Shown piece by piece: positions 59,206 to 64,000 of a DNA stretch of 64,000 nucleotides. The notes under the pieces were generated by a model. It was not told where the DNA came from. It searched no databases and saw only the letters and a list, made by a program, of their open reading frames with translations. The stretch comes from a virus, in the IMG/VR virus record IMGVR_UViG_3300032213_003587, positions 1 to 64,000 of that record. One strand, 5' to 3'. Position numbers and translations under genes: made by a program. Each line of letters opens with the position of its first letter. Position 1 is the first letter of the stretch.

Positions 59206-59469
59206 TTATTCGTCAAATACTCCGGCCACATCGTCTTCGCTGAGGAAGTAGGTTGGAATACCATCGATTGTAGTTGGATTGACCTTGTTCCAATCCACCA
59301 ACAAGGTGTCGCCTACTCGAAGCAAGGTTACGTCTGGTCCAATGGCAATGGCCTGGGCTTTGTCGATGCTGGCACCGACATTGCCTTTGATGATCAATCC
59401 AGACTCGGAAGTTTCTTTGTTTTTGAGACGCACGACTGCCACGGTTTTTTTCAATGGTTTAATGTTCAT
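59206..59469 (-). CDS. groES: Co-chaperonin GroES-like (gp31 analogue)
   Basis: MNIKPL, TSESGLII, AIAIGPDV...VGD, SEDDV.GV. Confidence 0.85.
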   Translation of the reverse strand: MNIKPLKKTVAVVRLKNKETSESGLIIKGNVGASIDKAQAIAIGPDVTLLRVGDTLLVDWNKVNPTTIDGIPTYFLSEDDVAGVFDE

Positions 59470-59488
59470 ATCATCCTTAGTATATAAT

Positions 59489-60202
59489 TTAATTCCAATA
59501 TTTTGAATAATCTATTTCATTCCAATACTTTGCGTTGTTGCGATTCCAAAAATTTTTAATCAGATACCGGGCCATGCCAAAGTATCCCATCTTCTGAAAT
59601 CTGCGACTATCCTGACCTAGATAGTGATTCATCAATTTGAACTTGTTGACTGCATACATCTTGGACAGGAAGAAATCTTCACTGGTACCATACTTTTCAG
59701 CAAATCCACCAAATTCTTCAAACTTCGATCTGCGGGTCAACATATATGCACCAACAGCAAATGGTACCCAGTGTTTCATTATGTTGTTGATAGCATTGAA
59801 CAACATAAATCCAACGTTGGCTCTGAAGTCGTTGTCATAGCATTTTAAATAAAGACCAATTAAATCCAAATCTCTGTCTTCTAATTCACGCACAGTATCT
59901 GCTATAACGGTGTCGGAGAAAAATCTAACATCGCTGTCAATGAATAGTATATATGGAGTTGTTACAAGTCTGGCGCCATTGTTCTTGGCAATGGAAACTG
60001 GGCCCCCGTCAATAATTTCAACATTTTGATCTTGATGAGTGTGATAACGTATAACCTGTCTAGTATTATCTGTAGAACAATCAGCAATTATAATTCTGGT
60101 GTTACCAATATCTTGTTTACGCAAAGACTCCAACAAGTGAGGAATATAGTCCGCCTCATTCTTGCAGGGAACAACAATGGTGATTTTGTCACTGAGTTTC
60201 AT
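59489..60202 (-). CDS. Family 2 glycosyltransferase
   Basis: TIVVPCKNE, IIIAD.STD.T, AKNNGA, LFIDSD, GGF.E...SED, DSRRF; overlaps the upstream phosphoesterase gene. Confidence 0.88.
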   Translation of the reverse strand: MKLSDKITIVVPCKNEADYIPHLLESLRKQDIGNTRIIIADCSTDNTRQVIRYHTHQDQNVEIIDGGPVSIAKNNGARLVTTPYILFIDSDVRFFSDTVIADTVRELEDRDLDLIGLYLKCYDNDFRANVGFMLFNAINNIMKHWVPFAVGAYMLTRRSKFEEFGGFAEKYGTSEDFFLSKMYAVNKFKLMNHYLGQDSRRFQKMGYFGMARYLIKNFWNRNNAKYWNEIDYSKYWN

Positions 60203-60959
60203 TAATTTTATCCTTTTCCTGGGTCCAGGTTACAATCTCCCATGCTCCATCATGATGTTCCACCAATGCTGTGCAACTCTCAACCCAATCACCATCGTTC
60301 ATATAAACTATGCCATCTATCTCTTTGATCTCTGCGTGGTGGATGTGTCCGCATATCACTCCATCAAAACCACGCTTGCGGCAATAGCCAACAAGATTAC
60401 GCTCAAACTGAAACATAAAGTCCATGGCCTTCTTGACCTTATGCTTGAGATACTTAGATAGACTCCAATAACCAAAGCCCATGCGATGGCGTATCCAATT
60501 ATACTTGCTGTTAAGACTGAGTACAAAGTCATAGGCCTTATCTCCTAGAAAACTTATCCAGGGGGCTAGTCTGGTTATGCCGTCAAAGAGATCGCCATGT
60601 ACCACCAGATAATGTTTACCGTCGGCACCTATGTGCTCAATCTGATTTGTTACTTCAATTAATCCAAAACCTATGCCATAGGGCATCAGTGGTCTTAAAA
60701 ATTCATCGTGGTTGCCGGCTACATAGACTACACGAGTTCCACGTTTAGCGTGACCCATGATTCGGCGCACTACATTGGTATGACTCTGCTTCCATCGCCA
60801 TTTATTCTGCTGTATACGCCAGGCGTCGATGATATCACCCACCAGGTACAGAGTGTCACAGGTATTGTGTTTAAGAAAATTGTTTAACTGTTCAGCCTTG
60901 CAATCTCGGGTGCCAAGATGCACATCGCTGATAAAAATACTGCGATAGGTTTTTTGCAT
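60189..60959 (-). CDS. Metallophosphoesterase, PlcP/LpxH-like (phospholipase C type)
   Basis: SDVHLG, LVGDIID, GNHDE, HGD.FD, CGHIH, C-terminal NDGDWVESCTALVE. Confidence 0.85.
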   Translation of the reverse strand: MQKTYRSIFISDVHLGTRDCKAEQLNNFLKHNTCDTLYLVGDIIDAWRIQQNKWRWKQSHTNVVRRIMGHAKRGTRVVYVAGNHDEFLRPLMPYGIGFGLIEVTNQIEHIGADGKHYLVVHGDLFDGITRLAPWISFLGDKAYDFVLSLNSKYNWIRHRMGFGYWSLSKYLKHKVKKAMDFMFQFERNLVGYCRKRGFDGVICGHIHHAEIKEIDGIVYMNDGDWVESCTALVEHHDGAWEIVTWTQEKDKINETQ

Positions 60960-60974
60960 GTTATTTTTATTAGA

Positions 60975-61279
60975 ATTGCCGGCTGATTGGATAATAAGGA
61001 CAGCCGGCGAAACCTCATCTAGTGCTTAAGCAGCTAGAGCGTATAACTCGTCGTTTGCAGTTATAGGTTTTGCTTCTTTTACGGAGATCGCCTACCGTGT
61101 TGTCCATGTCAGTACTTGTTACCCTGTCGAAACCAGGTCAGCCCCATCAGAAACATACTTCGTCCTGCAGTACAGTCCTTTTCACAAGGTGTGGCACGGT
61201 CTGCAAATATGCTTCTGGTGGAGCTGGGCGGAATCGAACCGCCGTCCAGAATACTTTTCCATCTACTTCATACAACAAT
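60975..61279 (-). ncRNA. ssrA: Circularly permuted (two-piece) tmRNA
   Basis: In transcription order: acceptor piece ending GGCGGTTCGATTCCGCCCAGCTCCACCA (CCA end at 61216), 70-nt intervening segment, then coding piece starting GGGGCTGACCTGGTTTCGAC at 61145. Acceptor stem GGGGCTG/CAGCTCC has the G3.U pair; tag (61058-61026) reads ANDELYALAA*. Outer ends approximate. Confidence 0.93.
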
Positions 61280-61283
61280 ATCT

Positions 61284-61679
61284 TTATTTAGTGGAGTTGG
61301 CTAGCTGCCGATAACCTCGACCCGTAGGATGCACCCCATCCTTGCTAAGTTCCGGTATGGGCAATACGGTATCGCCATAGACTTCGGCAATTTTGCGAAT
61401 CATTTCTTGCCGATCCGGTTTAATAGCCGGAAGAATCCAGAACACTCGCTCAGCCTTAACCTGTTCACGCAGAGCCTTTAAATTGCCCATGGTGTTGATG
61501 CTGCGCCAATCGTTGCTGCCCAGACTGATGATCACAGCACGCGCCTGCAGAGATCCACTTAAATAGATGCGATTCCAGTCCGCAGTATTGATGCCACCGT
61601 TGGCCAAGGCCACACATTCAGGTCGGTGATGATGCGTACCAACCGCAATGCTGTCGCCGAGTATCATGCAGTCAATCAT
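61284..61679 (-). CDS. Small SGNH/GDSL hydrolase
   Basis: LGDSIAVG, ISLGSND, DGVHP blocks. Confidence 0.85.
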   Translation of the reverse strand: MIDCMILGDSIAVGTHHHRPECVALANGGINTADWNRIYLSGSLQARAVIISLGSNDWRSINTMGNLKALREQVKAERVFWILPAIKPDRQEMIRKIAEVYGDTVLPIPELSKDGVHPTGRGYRQLANSTK

Positions 61680-61810
61680 AGAACCTCGTAGTCTTCTTTA
61701 TAGGCACCGCACTCTGGACAGGTAAAATGGTCTGGCAATGTATTCCAGGCACCTTCCAATTCTTCGTCGTGTTCATGACCACAGACTACGCATACATGTA
61801 CTTCGCTCAT
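61676..61810 (-). CDS. Rubredoxin
   Basis: Not in the ORF track. MSEVHVCVVCGHEHDEELEGAWNTLPDHFTCPECGAYKEDYEVL* with CxxCG...W..LP..F.CPxCG; ATGA overlaps at both ends. Confidence 0.92.
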   Translation of the reverse strand: MSEVHVCVVCGHEHDEELEGAWNTLPDHFTCPECGAYKEDYEVL

Positions 61811-62256
61811 AGTGTCTCCTTGATTTGTTGATATGCTTCGGCATGACGTTTCTCAATCTTGGCCAGTGCCGCAAATCTACGTTCTGCTTTTTTCAATACA
61901 TCGGCAAATGCTTCAGCGTGTTCACGACTTTCATCGATCTGATGGGCGGCTTCTTTGGCTGCTTCAACATTGCCTTCGGCTTCTGCAATGACCTTGAACT
62001 GCGGATACATCTGCGTGTATTCGTAGGTCTCACCTTCGATGGCCTTCTCCAAACATTCTTTGGTATTAGGACGGCCAATCAGCAGTTCTAGATGACCCCA
62101 GGCATGCACAATCTCCTGATCCGCGGTATGCTCGAAATGACGAGCAATTTCTTCATGACCTTCTTCGCGCGCAATTTTGGCAAAGTAGCGGTACTTAATA
62201 TGTGCCATGCTTTCGCCAGCCAGGGCACTTTCAAGATTTTTTAATGTAACACTCAT
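61807..62256 (-). CDS. Rubrerythrin (di-iron domain only)
   Basis: NLESALAGESMA..KYRYFA, QEIVHA, AIEGETYEYTQMYP.F, ESREHA. Confidence 0.92.
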   Translation of the reverse strand: MSVTLKNLESALAGESMAHIKYRYFAKIAREEGHEEIARHFEHTADQEIVHAWGHLELLIGRPNTKECLEKAIEGETYEYTQMYPQFKVIAEAEGNVEAAKEAAHQIDESREHAEAFADVLKKAERRFAALAKIEKRHAEAYQQIKETL

Positions 62257-62264
62257 TGTTTCTC

Positions 62265-62810
62265 CTAACTGTAGTGTAGGTAACCACCTACGATATATTT
62301 TGGTCCCGACCGCGGCATCAATCCTGCGTGCAGATATTGAAAGCCGGTGGGGAACATGATCAGTCTGGATCGACGAGGCTGCACTCTAATGGGCCGGTCC
62401 AGGCCATAGATTTCAGTTTCACCGCCATCTTCGACGTCGTTTAAATACCAGAAATAGACTAGAAAGCGTTTCATGCTCGCTCCATTCCAGGTATCACAAT
62501 GAGGGCGAAATTCATCGATGTGCGGCAGATACCGCTTCATGCGAATTTCTTCCCAGCTGTGATCGGGTTGCACGTTGCGATCATCTAGACCGCATTCCGA
62601 CCAATAACGTGCCTTGTACTGCTGTATGGTTCCAAGCAAGGGCCGGTAATCCCAGGCGGCCTGCATTAGATTGATTTCTGTGAACTTCTTGATACCATCA
62701 TCCTGATAATGTTTCCGATCATAGGCTTCAAAGTCCTTGATTAATCGGTCGCAATATTGTGGCGGTAATGTATTGTCATATACTTTTACGTAATCACTTA
62801 AATTCATCAT
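62265..62810 (-). CDS. 2OG-Fe(II) oxygenase (prolyl-hydroxylase-like)
   Basis: HCD, YLNDVEDGGET, FP...YLHAG, KYI. Confidence 0.88.
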   Translation of the reverse strand: MMNLSDYVKVYDNTLPPQYCDRLIKDFEAYDRKHYQDDGIKKFTEINLMQAAWDYRPLLGTIQQYKARYWSECGLDDRNVQPDHSWEEIRMKRYLPHIDEFRPHCDTWNGASMKRFLVYFWYLNDVEDGGETEIYGLDRPIRVQPRRSRLIMFPTGFQYLHAGLMPRSGPKYIVGGYLHYS

Positions 62811-62837
62811 CGATCCTTATTATCAGTCTACACCGCT

Positions 62838-62866
62838 ATTATAGGCTACCTGTCAATAGCTGTCGA
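62838..62866 (-). promoter_or_regulatory. Sigma70-type promoter
   Basis: TCGACA-N17-TATAAT upstream of the 2OG oxygenase, with an extra TTGACA in the spacer. Confidence 0.55.
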
Positions 62867-63538
62867 TAGATTTTCATAATTATCTCGCCACATCAATAAT
62901 TCACTGACCCATTTATCTCTGAACTCAGTAAACACCTGCGGTTCGCCTTCTTCCACGGCAATCAATACTGCCAATCTATTAATGGGTATTTTAGTGAGCT
63001 CTTCATACATTATGGCATAAGCAGCGGCCTGCATAAAATAACTAGAAATCCATTCTTTTTTCTTGGGTTTTGTGCTAGATTTGAAGTCGATAATTGATAA
63101 TTTACCGTCAAATTCGCCAATACAATCCACAGTTCCGGCCAGTCTGAGGTGATGAGAATACAGAGCTGTCTCCTGGCAATGTATATTATCAACGCGATCC
63201 AACAAGGGCATCAACTTTTTAAACATTTCGAAATGCAGGGGATTGATGGTCTTAGATGTATCGAACGGAGATTGATTGTCCAGATAGCGCTCTGCGGCCT
63301 TGTGCATGCCCGTACCTCGACCTGCGGCTACTCGACTTATGGTGTTGGCCTGTTCGGCTCCTACGCGTTTTCTCCAATCTAAAATTACGTCTCGATTTTT
63401 TTCGGAGAGAACGGTGGTAACGCTGGGATAGCGAAGACCGGTCGGAGTATTATAGACTCGGCGACCGGTGCTTTCAGTTATTTGTTCAAGTCTGGGAACG
63501 GGCTGTCCCAGCCCGAATCCCACATGATTAAAGGTCAT
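62846..63538 (-). CDS. PD-(D/E)xK exonuclease (Cas4/RecB-like phage exonuclease)
   Basis: YPSVTTVL, RGT.MH, AGTVDCI, IIDFKSS, YFMQ..AYA.MYEE. Confidence 0.88.
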   Translation of the reverse strand: MTFNHVGFGLGQPVPRLEQITESTGRRVYNTPTGLRYPSVTTVLSEKNRDVILDWRKRVGAEQANTISRVAAGRGTGMHKAAERYLDNQSPFDTSKTINPLHFEMFKKLMPLLDRVDNIHCQETALYSHHLRLAGTVDCIGEFDGKLSIIDFKSSTKPKKKEWISSYFMQAAAYAIMYEELTKIPINRLAVLIAVEEGEPQVFTEFRDKWVSELLMWRDNYENLSTAIDR

Positions 63539-63539
63539 A

Positions 63540-64000
63540 TTATGATAGGTGTTTTATATTTTCTTCAAAGTGTTTCTTACGCTCAGCCAGACCGAGATTA
63601 CCGCCGTTGATTACTTTAGTAGCTTTGGTCATGTCCTTGGCATCGGCAATGGCATTCAGGCCATTCTTTTTCCAGAACCAGCAGGCACTTTCAATGGCGC
63701 CTTCCAGAGTGTCTAGATACGCCACAGTCTCATCCATGGTTTTACCAACAGCCTTGCTGAATGCTGTATAGTTATCTTTGCCGGTGAGCTGAATAGCACC
63801 ACGACCACGATACTTCCAACCATCGCCGCTGGCTTCTGGACCATTGCCCATGCGATCCGAATATACCTTGTTGGCAATCTTTTCTGGATTACGCTCATAG
63901 GGCTTGGCCGCTTCTTCGGAAACGAAACGCTTGGGCCAGGTGCCGTGCAGTCCCTTAGCTGAATAGTTTAGATTCTCTTTGAGTTTGGTGAAGTCCACAC
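63540..64000 (-). CDS. GH19 (chitinase-like) endolysin, 5' end outside the window
   Basis: ENLNYSA, IANKVY..RMGN, GDGWKYRGRG.IQLTGKDNY, SACWFW, TKVINGG..GL.ER. Confidence 0.92.
   Translation of the reverse strand, partial: VDFTKLKENLNYSAKGLHGTWPKRFVSEEAAKPYERNPEKIANKVYSDRMGNGPEASGDGWKYRGRGAIQLTGKDNYTAFSKAVGKTMDETVAYLDTLEGAIESACWFWKKNGLNAIADAKDMTKATKVINGGNLGLAERKKHFEENIKHLS

Noticed and set aside
61216-61250. Stand-alone tRNA-Ala
   Set aside because: Only a T-arm and acceptor 3' strand; the matching 5' strand lies downstream with a tag ORF, which makes it a permuted tmRNA.
61070-61304. Short plus-strand ORFs (73 and 62 aa)
   Set aside because: Antisense to the tmRNA; typical spurious calls.
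62846-63538. Cas4 as part of a CRISPR-Cas system
   Set aside because: No Fe-S cysteine cluster, array or other cas genes; this is the common T4-like exonuclease.

Overview
The whole window is a segment of a large T4-like (Tevenvirinae/Kyanoviridae-style) myophage genome using the standard genetic code. Positions 1-48220 (minus strand) are the virion morphogenesis block: prohead protease gp21 (partial), core proteins, portal gp20, tube gp19, sheath gp18, terminase gp17/gp16, neck gp15/14/13, several large fibre/structural proteins (including a 2509-aa repeat protein and a 2357-aa VrlC/DUF4815-type protein), baseplate gp8/7/6/25, PAAR, a glycine-rich adhesin, a 1468-aa multidomain gp5 spike, hub, gp53 and gp48. 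A short plus-strand block follows (gp4, gp2, gp54, gp26, gp51, holin-like genes, tape measure), ending at a bidirectional terminator. After that come gp32/gp59/gp33 and an accessory island. The island holds an unannotated pqqA peptide gene, a PlcP-type phospholipase plus GT2 pair, a circularly permuted (two-piece) tmRNA, GroES, rubrerythrin/rubredoxin, oxygenases, SleB and a GH19 endolysin. Most notable: the VgrG-like 'evolved' gp5 whose apparently dead M15 peptidase is split by a large hydrophobic insert; a putative phage lipid-remodelling pair; a gene-32-style pseudoknot leader on an uncharacterised small gene; and late genes that appear to be leaderless. The host is probably a betaproteobacterium (inference). 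All family calls come from motif recognition by eye; no searches were run.
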